A stretch of DNA of 64,000 nucleotides from Octopus vulgaris (Eukaryota): positions 45,198,001 to 45,262,000 of the forward strand of contig OX597818.1 of the NCBI GenBank assembly GCA_951406725.2, in the 5' to 3' direction. Of this stretch, positions 1 through 13,994 are shown in pieces (within the stretch, counting starts at the first letter, position 1; each line of letters begins with the position of its first letter). The translations under genes and the position numbers were made by a program. The notes under the pieces are model-generated. The model saw only the letters and a list, made by a program, of their open reading frames with translations. It did not search any database and was not told where the DNA came from.

Positions 1-218
1 ATTCTAAAGTACCGGCTTTTATTGTATCTAATCAATCGTCGATCGATTATGCAGTAGTTAGCTGTTAACCAATAACACTTTCAGTCGGATTATTTTCCTA
101 TATAAGCAGCTAAATGACTAGCTGGCATGTCGTTAAAATTTTATTGCAAACACAAATGTATTTATGTATGGAGATGTCTTCTTATAAAGCTGATTTATAG
201 AAAACAAAAATCACACAA

Positions 219-428
219 TACTCTTTTACTTGTTTCTGTCATTTGACTGCGGCCATGCTGGAGCACCGCCTTTAATCGAGCAACTCGACCCCGGGACTTA
301 TTCTTTTGTAAGCCCAGTACTTACTCTATCGGTCTCTTTTGCCGAACCGCTAAGTGACGGGGACATAAACACACCAGCATCGGTTGTCAAGCAATGCTAG
401 GGGGACAAACACAGACACACAAACACAC

Positions 429-479
<51 letters not shown>

Positions 480-640
480 TACGACGGGCTTCTTTCAGTT
501 TCTCTCTACCAAATCCACTCACAAGGCTTTGGTTGGCCCGGGGCTATAGCAGAAGACACTTGCCCAAGATGCCACGCAGTGGGACTGAACCCGGAACCAT
601 GTGGTTGGTTAGCAAGCTACTTACCACACAGCCACTCCTG
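219..640 (-). mobile_element. tRNA-derived SINE family A (CORE-like central domain, internal microsatellite), full length
   Basis: Minus strand: tRNA-like head GGAGTGGCTGTGTGGTAAG...GGTTCAGTCCC, then a GGCA(C/T)CTTGGGCAAGT CORE-like motif, an internal (TA)n/(TG)n tract and the 3' end TGACNGAAACAAGTAAAAGAGTA. More than 15 copies in the window. Confidence 0.9.
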
Positions 641-664
641 TACAAGATAAATAAATTTTGGTCT

Positions 665-860
665 TAAATTCTGGCACAGGGCCAGCAATTTCGGTGGAGG
701 GAGTAAGTCGATTACATTAACCAAGCGTTCAACAGGTACTTATTTTATCGACCCGAACGGAATGAAAGGCAATGTAGACCTCGGCGGAATTTGAACTCAG
801 ATCATGAAGACGGTCGAAATGCCGCTAAGCATTTTGTCTAGCGTGTTAACGATTCTGCCA
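665..860 (-). mobile_element. Nin-domain SINE family B copy
   Basis: Diverged match to the family core GAGTTCAAATTCCGCCGAGGTCGACTTTGCCTTTCATCC...GTCGATAAAATAAGTACC on the minus strand. Confidence 0.8.
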
Positions 861-1451
861 CCTTACATCCAAACGCCTTACAAAACACACACAAATATTA
901 ACGAACCAACAGGCATGCCTCTACGTAGTCGCTCGATCTTCAAGAAACAGTAACCAAATCTCCGCATCTTACAGAGAAGACACACAGGATAATGACGCCC
1001 ACGACATGCTATATTAGAAAATAAACTGAAACCGTAAAAAAATAAACTTTAAGATATTTGAGCTCCATATCACAGATGTACTGCTGTATTTCAATGACAG
1101 TTAACCAAGTTGAAGCCTTACATTTCCTATAGTAAATCAATTAAATTGAAATTTTCAGTCATCTCTTCAAGCATTGCAGATGTGGTCACTTTCGCAACCA
1201 CGAGGATTCGGTTTCAGTCTACTGACCGACAATTTGGGTACCTTGTACTACAGCCGACCAATGCCCTATGAATAAATATGGTAGACGGAAACTGAAAGAA
1301 GCCCGTCCTACACACATACAAACAAATACACACACACACACAAACACACACACACATATATATAAAGTATGTGGGTTTAGTTCACAAAGTGATCTAAACG
1401 ATTAGGTACGCTAGGTAACGGATTGCTTTAACGTTTCACGTCTTGTTTAAC

Positions 1452-1491
<40 letters not shown>

Positions 1492-1667
1492 GTATATATG
1501 TATGTATAAACATGTATGTATGTATAAATATGTATATATGTGTGTGTATATATATGTATATATATATTTATATATGTATGTATATATATGCAAACACAGA
1601 TTGTAAGTGAATGAGGAAGATTTAATACATGGTGCGGATTTTTTATACGTTCACTCACACACACGCA

Positions 1668-1726
<59 letters not shown>

Positions 1727-2765
1727 GTATTTGTGTTTGAAAAGGTTAAACGAAAGAGGTCACACACCAGAAAAAAATTCTTCCAAAACAGGGTTAGTAC
1801 CTTGCACATAAAAGATTTCATAACACCTTTTAAAAAGTAATTCTTTTAAAAAATCACTTTTACACTTCCTAATTCTCATAAACTTTCAAAAATATGTGTG
1901 TGTGTGTGTGTGTGTTAACTATAAGAGAAGCTGTATTAGATCAACATAGCCATCTGTGTATTATACTTAAGGGAAATATATCGTGAAAAGGCATAATCAG
2001 GACAGTATTCGTCTGGACATAAATATCTCTTAGAGATATACTAAGCTTAAAAATACATATATCAGTAGCAGGCGATCATCGTCCGGCAGCGATGGCGAGA
2101 ATCCAAGATGTGCATTCCTGACTCATTACGCTTTGTCAGTGGCATGTATTCACTGCCAACTGCATGCTACGTCAAAATCCATCACAACTGATATAGGGAA
2201 ACGGTGGCCGAAACATCACTGGCACTACAATCAACTGCCCAGCTGAATAAAAATCCGTTATGGGCAATAGAAGCAGTATTAGATTTAAATAACCATTTGC
2301 GTACCATATTTAATGTAAATACATCGCGAGAAGGCAAATTAATTGGGGTATTCTGGCTGCAAGTACCCTTTTATTTTCACCAGACACAGTACACTCAAGA
2401 CCATATTTTCCATTTCTTTTTTGTATTTGTTTTTCTATTATAAGATTTAAGGACATTATTTGAGAGACAGTTGTCTGCTATCTGTGGCAGAGTTATGATG
2501 GTGGGGAAGATTTGAGAAATTAGCTGGTTAGGAAATAAAAGCCTCGCAGGAATTAGTACGTTCACTGCTGTTTGCCAAGAGGAATCGGAAATGTAATCAG
2601 GATCTTGTACCGATATTGTTATTAAACGTGTGACATAAGGACACGTAGTTTTAATCGAGTTCCAAAACAACATCTATGAGTTCTATATTTAAGAGATGAG
2701 GAATTATGTACATTATTTACATTATTTACATTCGACGGATATTTGTCCTCATCTTGTTTGTTGTC

Positions 2766-2811
2766 AACACAACGTTTCGGCTGATATACCCTCCAGCCTT
2801 CTTCAGGTGTC
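2766..2811 (-). ncRNA. Minimal type I hammerhead ribozyme motif
   Basis: Reverse complement reads GACAC CTGAAGA A GGCTG gagggtatat CAGCC GAAAC GTT GTGTT: stems I and II pair and stem III is palindromic (AACGTT). Confidence 0.75.
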
Positions 2812-2858
2812 TTGGGGGAAATTTCGAACCTGGGTTATTATTATTATTGTTATTATTA

Positions 2859-2917
<59 letters not shown>

Positions 2918-2947
2918 ATCTTCGGGTTAGTAGCCTCCAAGCAGTGG

Positions 2948-3033
<86 letters not shown>

Positions 3034-3080
3034 TCGAAGAATTCCTTAGGAATGAGAACCCAGGTTCGAAATTTCCCCAA

Positions 3081-3126
3081 GACACCTGAAGAAGGCTGGA
3101 GGGTGTATCAGCCGAAACGTTGCGTT
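3081..3126 (+). ncRNA. Minimal type I hammerhead ribozyme motif
   Basis: GACAC CTGAAGA A GGCTG...CAGCC GAAAC GTT GCGTT, with one stem I mismatch. Confidence 0.7.
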
Positions 3127-3842
3127 AACAACAAACAAGACGAGGACAAATATCCGTCGAATGTAAATAACATTTATAATAAAATTATAAATAGAAGAAC
3201 CCTGTCGATGTCCTTACTTTGCATCGAGCCTTCAGCTCGTGATAAACTGTCGGGACACCATTGTAGTGGTGTTTAAATTTCGCAGAGCCCAACCTTCTCC
3301 AGCCAATTTTTTGCTGAGAGAAAGAGGGAGAAAATGGAAGACAAAGCGACCAGTAAGGTCAACCTTGGTAGGATTTCAACTAAAACCCTGAGATATTTCA
3401 TCTAACACACATACCTCTGCAAGTTAACCATCTTTTTGAAAAATACTGAAACTAATTGACAGACGAGTCGCTTTCGCTGTATAGCTGGTAAGAGTCCTAT
3501 GCTGTAACCACGGGGTCTATTTTCACAACTATGCTAAACATACATGTGTGTATGTATATTCGATTTTGATATTTCCTGGTCTGAGCCCTTTATATTCACA
3601 CACACACACACACACACACACAAACATATATATGTATGTATGTATGTATGTAGGTAGGTAGGTAGGTATGTATGTATGTAGGTATGTTGTATGTAGGTAT
3701 GTGTGCGTGTGTATTTATGTATGCATGTATGTATGTATATATATATATGCATGCGTGTATGCACGCGTGAGTGTCTGTGTATGCATCTATTTATCTACCT
3801 ACATGAATACATTCTCTCTCTCTCTCTCTCACTCCTTCTCTC

Positions 3843-3878
<36 letters not shown>

Positions 3879-4397
3879 ACATATATGCATATACGCACAC
3901 ACATAATTTATACGCACACACATAATTTATATGCACACAAGATTCACTCAAAGCTGGTGATTTACTCCGTCGCTAATCAGTGTTTAAAACGTATGTGTGT
4001 TTATGTGTGTATATATCTGTGACGTGTGTTTGTATGTATATGTGTATCTGTGTGTGTGATCGTGTGTGTGTGTGTGTGTGTGTGTGTTTCCTCTCGCGCA
4101 CGCGTGTGTTTGTGCACTCAAATATTAATACTCCGTATGATTATCTATGCTGCTAGAGGCAAAGGAAGTTAAACCTGACATCGCACGTCTTCCAGAACAA
4201 ATGTTTCAGAAGTATATTTGAATAGAATATTAATTACCATATGGCAAGAAATGCAAGAGAACAATTTTCTCACAATTCAGCATTACCAAATACGCAAAGC
4301 AGTCCATGGTGGATAGAATTTACTTGGGATTAGACTACATCCCTGTCTTGCGAATGACTAATGACACGTAAATCTCTTACAATACAAAACTATACAT

Positions 4398-5005
4398 CTC
4401 TTTCACTTGTTTCAGTCATTTGACTGTGGTCATGCTGGAGCACCACCTTTAGTAGAACAAATCGCCCCCAGGACTTATTCTTTGTAAGCCTAGTACTTAC
4501 CGGTTTCTTTTGCCGAATCGCTAAGTTACGGGGACGTAAACACACTAGCATCGGTTGTCAAGCGATGTTCGGGGACAAACACAGACACACGAACATATAT
4601 AGGGAGAGTTTACGCAAAAAACAAAAGACGAAGGCAGGTGGTGTACAAAACAAACAGATGTATTAGTGTAACGCTCAGGAATAGAAAAAGTCTTTTACAT
4701 TTCGAGCCTACGCTCTTCTACAGAAAGGGACATAGAAAAAACAAGGAGAGAAACAAGGAGAGAAAAAAATGAGAACAAAAACATAAACATAAACATATAC
4801 ATACAAACATATACACACATACGGATATATCTACATATATACGACGGGCTTCTTTCAGTTTCCGTCTACCAAATCCACTCACAAGGCTCTGGTCAGCCCG
4901 AGGCTATAGTAGAAGACACTTGCCCAAGGTGTCACGCAGTGGGACTGAGCCCGGAACCATGTGGTTCGTAAGCAAGCTACTTACCACACAGCCATTCCCA
5001 CGCCT
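4398..5005 (-). mobile_element. SINE family A interrupted by a Penelope-like pLTR in its internal microsatellite
   Basis: 3' half 4398-4597 and 5' half 4840-5005 match 219-640; foreign insert at about 4598-4775. Confidence 0.85.
4598..4775 (-). mobile_element. Penelope-like pLTR family with variant hammerhead (CTGTAGA core, 4692-4727)
   Basis: Near-identical to 48060-48225 and similar to 38218-38400. Reverse complement reads CTTT CTGTAGA A GAGC gtag GCTC GAAAT GTA AAAG. Confidence 0.6.
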
Positions 5006-5017
5006 AAAAATGTGTGA

Positions 5018-5690
<673 letters not shown>

Positions 5691-5694
5691 AAAT

Positions 5695-5902
5695 GTGACA
5701 ACGTGTGTACCGTTAGCGATTTTTTTTCCTCTGTCTTCCCTTCTCTGGATCTTTCCTTCTCCTATGTTTCCGACGAAGAGCTTCGCTCGAAACGTTGAAC
5801 CCTCCTTCTTTCCTTCTTTCCTGAGCGTCCAATAATACTATATTTGTTCCACGTCTTCGCGTTGTTGTGTTTTTTTTTGTGCTTTCATGTTTGGATTAAC
5901 TT
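5695..5902 (+). mobile_element. Penelope-like pLTR with decayed hammerhead (5766-5800)
   Basis: GTTT CCGACGA A GAGC ttc GCTC GAAAC GTT GAAC. Homologous to the reverse complement of 21163-21363, which has CTGATGA. Flanked by TA repeats. Confidence 0.65.
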
Positions 5903-5917
5903 TACATATATATATCA

Positions 5918-7312
5918 GAAGAAAATGTAGAAATTGGCATAAAGACACCAATTTATTGAGACAAATCCAATTCGAACAGTATCAAACTCATAGAACCTAC
6001 AGTTGTTTCCATGTCCAATCAATTAATTCAAATTAGAAAAATTAAATTGCGTGTCGATGACGAATTCAAACTATTTACTATTTACGATAGCTGCATAATA
6101 CGTCATCAAGATTTATGCACAATATACTTTTTTATTATAATAATGAGAAAAAGATACATACGATTACGATTAAGGAATACATTAACATTAATATAATCAA
6201 AATTAATAAATTTAATCCATTATCCAATTAATACGTAGCGTTTTTACTTTAATATTACTTATTAGTTTAATTATAATTATAGTTTAATTATAATTATTAT
6301 CTTCTAAGATACGTATTCAGAAAAATTAAAAATGAGTATTTAATTATAATTACTAGCGGTGACTTAGAATATAATTCTTAAGTGATTAAAAAAACTTTGT
6401 TGACATTTCGTACTCTCACAGGTAATAATGAAAATTAGGAGTAAGTGTTTTTAATTACAATTAACTGTATCAAAATATCGTTTAGGCAACCTAACGTCCC
6501 CTTTGCTTGTCAACACATTAGTGCACGCACCCGCAAAAATAAATTAAAACAAAGTTGCAGATATACAAGTAACTGATTTTTTAAAATACATTAGAATGCA
6601 CAAACGTACATATCTGAATTTAATGCCGAGTCTACCAATGATATATCATCACACTGGGATGTAGTTCCTTTGGATCTTTTCGGTTTGAACGGCAGTTTTT
6701 TTTAAATAATTTCCACGTAACAAACCACTTTTAAATTTCGTATACAGGTAGAATATGTTTATAAAAACATCTTTTTCTCTTGGCTTTATTGAGAAAATTC
6801 TATATTTTGTCAGATATTTGTTGTTGTTTTTTCTTCAATTTCTGCAATTTCAACCAATCAATGACGTCTATTTGAGGTGAAAACATTATGTGCCGTATGA
6901 ATATGTCCCTCGTTTAAGAAACAGATTGGGTTTATTTACATTTCTGAAGAAAAAAGATACCCTTCCCTCCACCACTACCCTAACCCTAACCCTAACTAAC
7001 CTTAACCCTAAAACAGATTGAAATGCAATAGATCGATACTAGGGTCATAATTATGGGTGACAATTTCATATGACACCGCTAGAAAAAACTACCGTTCAAA
7101 CCGAAAAGATCCGTTCCTTTTTCAATCAGGTTCTGACCCTAACGAAATGTCCAATTAATTATAATTCAATATGAATCTTTAATTTAATTTTTTCTAATTT
7201 GAATTAATTGAGCGGACATAGAAACAATTGTAGGTTTTATGAGTTTGATATTGTTTGAAATTGGATTTGTTTCAATAAATTGATGTCTATATGTCAATTT
7301 CTCCATTTTTTT
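5918..7312. mobile_element. Penelope-like relic bounded by about 130-bp inverted repeats; hammerhead-like motif with long stem II at 7136-7235
   Basis: 5918-6048 is a diverged reverse complement of 7181-7312. Motif reads acc CTAACGA a ATGTCC...GGACAT a GAAAC aatt GTA ggt. Confidence 0.55.
6672..7112. mobile_element. MITE with about 30-bp TIRs (GGATCTTTTCGGTTTGAACGG), 8-bp TSD and internal (CCCTAA)n
   Basis: TIRs at both ends; TSD GTTCCTTT at 6664-6671 and 7113-7120. Superfamily uncertain (GG termini plus 8-bp TSD are compatible with Merlin-like elements). Confidence 0.92.
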
Positions 7313-7542
7313 CTCTTTTTCTTATACATAAACGGTAATTTACTCATCCATCAATGTGAAGCAAACAACTTTTAATATTTCACTGATACACTGGTTAGAA
7401 CCGGGGAACTTGGATCCTGACAGCCTTTTAAGAGGTATTTATATCCTTGAAATAATATAGATATACACACATGCATACATACATACATACATACATACAT
7501 ACATACATACATACATACATACATACATACATACATACATAC

Positions 7543-7584
<42 letters not shown>

Positions 7585-7667
7585 TAAATATTAGGGAATA
7601 AATCCAAATTTACAGGGAAAAAATCAGATTTAGGATTAAATCCAATTTTATAGTAAAATATTATAAA

Positions 7668-7827
7668 ATATTATTAGAGACAAAACCACTATTTTGCAAA
7701 ACAAACAAGGAAAGACTTAATCAATACATAAAATTTTAATAAATAGTTTTTTTTTACTATTTATTAAAATGTTATGTATTGATTAAGTCTTTCCTTGTTT
7801 GTTTTGCAAAATAGTGGTTTTGTCTCT

Positions 7828-7833
<6 letters not shown>
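7668..7833. repeat. Near-perfect AT-rich palindrome (about 80-bp arms) within a TA-flanked insertion
   Basis: tattattagagacaaaaccactattttgc...aaatagt pairs with actattt...gcaaaatagtggttttgtctctaataata across a T-run loop. Confidence 0.9.
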
Positions 7834-7878
<45 letters not shown>

Positions 7879-8055
7879 TCGAAGTATGCTGTAATATAGA
7901 TACGTTTCAGCCGATCTTACCGATCGGTTTCGCACTGGATATTAGTTAATCAGATATTTGATAATAGCACGGTTAGGCAGTAACACGTGCACTTCAGAAA
8001 TATCAAGTATCCATACGAGTGCATATCTTTTCTGACTTATGGATTCTTAGACGAA

Positions 8056-8452
8056 TCTCTCTATATAAAGCTGAAGTTGTCTGTGTGTGGCAGGTTTGGT
8101 AACCTTCAACTAACACTATCTCCTCCGGGACGCTGCGGCGCAAGTTGACCAAAATTGAGAGTATGATAGAAGAAAGCTTGCTCTTTATTCCGTAGAAGAT
8201 AAAATTCAAATCGGACCATGTTAACACCAAAAATTATTTACATCAAAAAGGTGCTTTTTTTCTATCGAAATCTCTATTTTTTTACGATTTTTTTTACTGC
8301 TGTGTCGCCATTTTCGGTGTATTTCAACCAGAAAAATGTTCACTTAAAGAGAATAAGAAGCTACATAATGCAAGCTTTTTACTTTTCAAAAATTCCAATT
8401 CTAAAGGGTCGAAAAGAAAACAAGCCCGAGCAACGCCGGGCGATACTTCTAG
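8056..8452 (+). mobile_element. Non-autonomous Helitron
   Basis: A|TC 5' end, subterminal hairpin GCCCGAGCAACGCCGGGC (8424-8441), CTAG|T 3' end, no TSD. Confidence 0.8.
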
Positions 8453-9050
8453 TATATAATATATTTTGGGTGTGTGTGTTGAGATCTGAATGCAGATGTA
8501 TTCTTTAAAATTGATTTTAAAAAAACAGGAGAAATTTATTGGCAAAATATTTTCCTGTCAACTGGAAATGATTTCTATATTGTTTTCTCAATATTTTATA
8601 TTATTTCTCTAACAAGGTTGTTGGGATAACACAATCATCAAAGCGTAAAATTTATTTTGCATATTTACGTTTTTCAGTAAAAAAAAATGTAGCAATATCT
8701 CGCTCTTCTTCCAAAATGAAAACATAAATTAAAAGTCTTTTGTCTATAGAAAACGAAGCCATATTCTTTGCCAGTAGATTACGGTGAATCTTTTCGAACA
8801 GACACAAAGCACTTAGGTTTTAAAAGGAAGCAACATATAGTACTTCATGTCGTGACGTTCGTGATCTCTCAAACAAACGTATCGTCGGTTATAAGTGAAG
8901 TTGAAGAGGATGCGACAATTGCGCTCCGAGGTCAATGTAACCGACTTACCAACTTTCCTAAAATTGCTAGCCTTGTGCCAAAATTTGAAACCAATATCTG
9001 TGTACATTGCGTAATACATATTTCAGGAACACGTGACTGTAAAGTTGAGA

Positions 9051-9246
9051 TGGGCTTCTTTCAGTTTCCGTCTACCAAATCCACTCACAAGGCTTTGGTC
9101 GGCCCGAGGCTATAGTAGAAGACACTTGCCCAATGTGCCACGCAGTGGGACTGAGCCCAGAACCATGTGGTTGGTAAGCAAGCTACTTACCACACAGCCA
9201 TTCCTACGCCTAAAAATGTGTGACGCTTACAGCACCTAGGTTTCCC
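9051..9246 (-). mobile_element. SINE family A 5' half preceded by the 3' 22 nt of 5S rRNA (same junction as about 5000-5040)
   Basis: CGCCTAAAAATGTGTGACGCTTACAGCACCTAGGTTTCC is shared with 5001-5039. Confidence 0.85.
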
Positions 9247-9491
9247 TTCGTAACAATGTGGTTCTATCGTGGTATCAATTGTAGCCGGTCACCAACAAAG
9301 TAACAAAGATTATTTTCTTTGAGTCATGACATTTTTTGGAATTTGTCTGTTACATCGTTCCCACAGCTCAACTGGTACTTATTTTATCGATCCCCAACAT
9401 GATGAAAGGCAAAGTTGACTCCAGTGGAATTTGAACTCAGAACATAAAAATGGACGAAATGCAGCTAAGCATAATGCCAGCTCGCAATCTT

Positions 9492-9548
<57 letters not shown>

Positions 9549-9756
9549 AAGAAATAATGTTCTCCAGATGGAGGAGAACATTCTTTCTTTGTAGTTAGAT
9601 CGTACGTGATCTTCTTCTAGCATATGGCTGTCCACATAGTGTTTTTTAGCCCTAAATATATACATATATTGAAATTTTATGATTTTTCAGATTTTTTATA
9701 TGCTAGGCTACTGGTTTTAAATTGATATCAAATTAATATTCAATTTATCTCCCTCA

Positions 9757-9819
<63 letters not shown>

Positions 9820-9831
9820 GTCGGTTTGAAC

Positions 9832-10128
9832 CAGGGGTTCTCAACCATTTTTCATCTATGGACCCCTTTGATTACTATTTTATTCTGGTGGACTCCAATA
9901 GCCGTTCGATGATTTTTACACATTAAATTTATGCAAGTTGAACTATGTAAAATGAGAAAGAAACCTCGCTGTTTCTTGCAATACATACCAATACATAAAT
10001 CTAAAGCAAAATTTTTCAGGGGTCCTTAAAATACCATTGTGGATCCCCAATTTACTATTTTTCTGCGTGGACTCCCGAAAATCTTATATGGACCCTCAGG
10101 AGACATGGACCCCGGTTGAGAACCAGTG
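9832..10128. mobile_element. hAT-type MITE
   Basis: TIRs CAGGGGTTCTCAACC / GGTTGAGAACCAGTG; 8-bp flanks GTTTGAAC and GTTCAAAC; internal ATGGACCCC motifs. Confidence 0.8.
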
Positions 10129-12134
10129 GTTCAAACGATCCCATTATTTGACTCTTTGCTTGATATAACATACGTCTCTGAGCTACGCAATAGGTCTGTA
10201 AGCAGTTTGAATCTTGTGCTTCCATGTACATTCGCTTTTGAGGTGGCTTTATATAAATGCTTACACGTATTTAAATGTATACATTTCTATCACTAAAAAG
10301 AAATAAAATCTAAGTTTAGTGGTTGAGAGTGTATACTGAAAGGTAAATAGATTTACCTTTTCTTCAAAGGAGTCTAAAGAATCAGCTCAGAGTTGTTATC
10401 TTCAATGCCAATGTAAGAGAATACGATTGAATTTCTGCCTTAAAATGAAAAACAGATTTACAACAAATACATACGCAGATATGCATTTACAGGATTCTAA
10501 TCAATTACAGAATTACTATGTTGATATGTATAAGTATTTACGTAAAAGCGAATATCGTCAGCAGATTTATGGTGTTGTGTTAATTATTGCATTGCAGCAT
10601 CAGTAAGGGTCGCGCTGGTACGATTTCTATTAAGTTTTTCTCTTATACGCTCGCCTTTACTTTTTCTATGTTATCTGCACAAAAAATAGCACTCTTTATA
10701 AAACATTTAATATTCCCTTCACTTGGCGCTGAAGTATTCATATTACTGTAAGAATCAGTCGTTAATGTTTATATGAGATTGACGAGGAAAACATTTTCAT
10801 ATATTATTAGAGTATATGTTTGTCTCCTGTCTTTACGTTGTGAGTCCAAATTTCATCGAGGTCGACTCTGCCTTTCGTCTTTCCAGTGTTGTCGATAAAA
10901 TAAGTCAATGTGATCGACTTACCCGCTCTTCTAAAATTTCTGGTCTTCTGCTAAAATTTAAAATCATCATTAGAGTATGTCTGAGAAAGGTCGATCATCA
11001 GATTTGTTAGAGTGTTGTCTAGTTTGCTTCGCGTATATTTTTCTGGCTCTCTGCGTTCTGAGTTCAAATCCCACCGAAGTCAACTTTATATTTCATCCTT
11101 TTGGAATCGATAAATAAAGTACCAGTCATATACTGGGATGAATTCTTTTCCTTCTTTCGCTCGGTCGATCGATTAGTCAGACTTCCTCTTATCCGGAAGA
11201 AATCGTCTGCGTTCAATTCTGGAGCGAGGTGGGCTTAAACTGCTCTAAAAATACTCGAGACACGATGTATGTCTATCAAGAAGTTGAGGGTGCAAGACAA
11301 GGCAAGTAAATGCTTTATCGATGGACGGTTTGCACTAGGATCTGAGGCAAGAAGCAATATGGACATAATTAAGCATATAAAGTAGTTAATGGAGTTCTCC
11401 CATGTTCCCAGAAAACTCTAACATGAGAGCTGTCAGAAAGAACAAATATATTCCCTCAAGTTATGTCCTACTACCTTAAAAAAGAATTAAATAATTTAGA
11501 TAATGTGGTCTTTCATAGACAAAGATGACGTATTGCTCATGGCATGACTTCGTTCTTAACACTTTTGGTCATGGGTCTACTGGATAAGAGCTGACTTGAA
11601 TCTGTGATCAACAACATGGTATGTTCATAACTGTAATGTCTTTGATTTTATGTTTAAGATTAGCTACATCAGCGCTGATCTGGAGCTAAACAGCTACATG
11701 ATCATAGTTGGAATGACTTTGATATCAGGTCAGCAGTACCAGAGGTGTCCTGACATAAAAAGTAATACAGTACGGTTACAGTCAGAGCAGCTTTCATGAA
11801 AGATCTGCCGCAAAAGAACCGACTTAGGGCAAATGAAAATACTATAAAATCATGGCTAGAAAGCATAACCATCATACTTAGAAAAGGTCAAACCAACTTT
11901 ACACAACATCCTCCTTCTCAATGTTTAATCAGTTTCAATTTTTTTTGTGAAAAAGTCATTAGCACTAATGATTTCCACCTTCATTACATGTGTAATTTTA
12001 ACCGATTAATTTTTTTGTTCACTACATCATGTTATTCATTCGACCCCTGCGCCTTTAATATATACATATATATATATATGCTTCGTGCAAAATGTATCCC
12101 CGGGAAACTTTCCTATGACAATAATTATTTAGTC

Positions 12135-12557
12135 GGATCTTTTCGGTTTGAACGGCAGTTTTTTTTTTATAATTTCCACGTAACTAAAAAATTTTTAATT
12201 TCGTATACTGGTAGAATGTGTTTATAAAACATCTTTTTCTCTTGGCTTTATTGAGAAAATTCTATAGCTTGTAAGATATTTGTTGTTTTTTTACTTCAAT
12301 TTCTGCAATTTCAACCAATCAGTGACGTCTATTGAGGTAAAAAAAAACATTCTGTGCCGTATGAATATGTCCCTCGTTTACGTAACAGATTGGGTTTATT
12401 TACATTTGTGAAGAAAAAAAGATACCCTTCCCCCCACTCCTAACCCTAACCCTATAACAGATTGAAATGCAATAGATCGATACTAGGGTCATAATAATGG
12501 GTGACAATTTCATATGACACCGCTAGAAAAAAACTGCCGTTCAAACCGAAAAGATCC
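12135..12557. mobile_element. MITE (same family as 6672-7112)
   Basis: Same TIRs; TSD ATTTAGTC at 12127-12134 and 12558-12565; internal CCTAACCCTAACCCTA. Confidence 0.92.
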
Positions 12558-13091
12558 ATTTAGTCTGCAATTGTACAGTTTCTGTCACACCAGTTTTATA
12601 TGTTGTGTGCTAGTATCATTTAAATAACATGGTGCTAATAAACAGCAGTAGGAACCCTTAATCAGTTGACTGAAACCCCTTAATCAGTTGAAACTTAGAC
12701 ACAGGTTATGCATTATAAGCCCTTTATTTTGAATAAAGTTAAGTTTCAGAGTAATTTTGTGTAGACTTATAACTGCAAATTCACCGATAACATAAACATT
12801 TTTGAAATCTCAGAATATATTTTGCCGCGCAGCAAAGCTCGCGAATACGTTTTGCGTAAATGTTGCCACGAGCTGTTTATAAACAAATATCGTTGCCTTG
12901 GGTTGGCTTTGCGTTCTCGTTTAACGTACTAACCTAGAACACCTATCGCTAGGAGAATCTTAAGAATCCTCAGAAACAAGCATTCCATACTGAACAGTTT
13001 GTATTTCAACTGAAACTTGAGGTAATAAGTCAGTGTGCTGGGATTTGCTAAGTTTTAGACATTATCGAACGGGCGTACCACAAATAGACAC

Positions 13092-13197
<106 letters not shown>

Positions 13198-13994
13198 TTA
13201 TATATATATTTATATATATATTTATATATATATATATATATATATTTCTAATCATTGCTGTTTTTGAAAACTTTACTTCAAACATTACACACGGGCGCTC
13301 GTGTGCGTCATGTGTATGTATAATTTTCAATTACTTTAAAATAAATACGTAATTATATGTGAGCTGAGTTCACCGTCAGGAAAACTGAAATTTTTAGGCT
13401 AGAAATATAAATAAAATTAGTTTATCATGTTTCTTTTTATTAATGCTTTAAATCGTAAAGTTACAGACTTAGGTTCCTACATATCCAAATTCAACTTTGT
13501 TTTAACGGTTGGTTTTGTCTAATATCTGATTGCCTGCCTAACAATTCTAATAAAAAGTTATCGATGTTGTGGACAAAAACCCGTAAATATTATTAATATT
13601 TACTTGATATTTATGTACATAAAAGTTTTAAGATTAAAGCTGTCACCATAGACATACCATGTGAATTTATATATTTGCCTAAAAAGAATTTACTTCGAGT
13701 TACACAATTAAATTTTCCATTTCAATAATTTATCGACAGATCTTACAAAGGAGTTTCTTTAGACTAAATTTAACAGCCAGCCTGTATATACTATTACATT
13801 ATGTTGACATATTTCTTTGTATCAGCTATTAATGTCGTTTTAACCATTCATAAAAATGATGTAGTTTGTGTACGATGGTGAAGTAACAAACTTAGTGTTC
13901 ATTGATATAGAATTCCTTACAGTTTCAATCTGATTTATTTACAAATAACGCAATAGATCAGAGAATGTTGTGAGTGGACGACACTATTTTCTTC

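Larger units (their letters stand above)
2707..3173. mobile_element. Inverted pair of Penelope-like terminal repeats (pLTR), each with a minimal hammerhead motif, flanking (TTA)n/(TAA)n
   Basis: 2707-2836 is the reverse complement of about 3057-3173. Each arm has gacac-CTGAAGA-a-ggctg...cagcc-GAAAC-GTT-g(t/c)gtt. Confidence 0.75.

Noticed and set aside
6976-7011. Telomere or chromosome fusion relic
   Set aside because: The short CCCTAA tract is an internal part of a MITE present three times.
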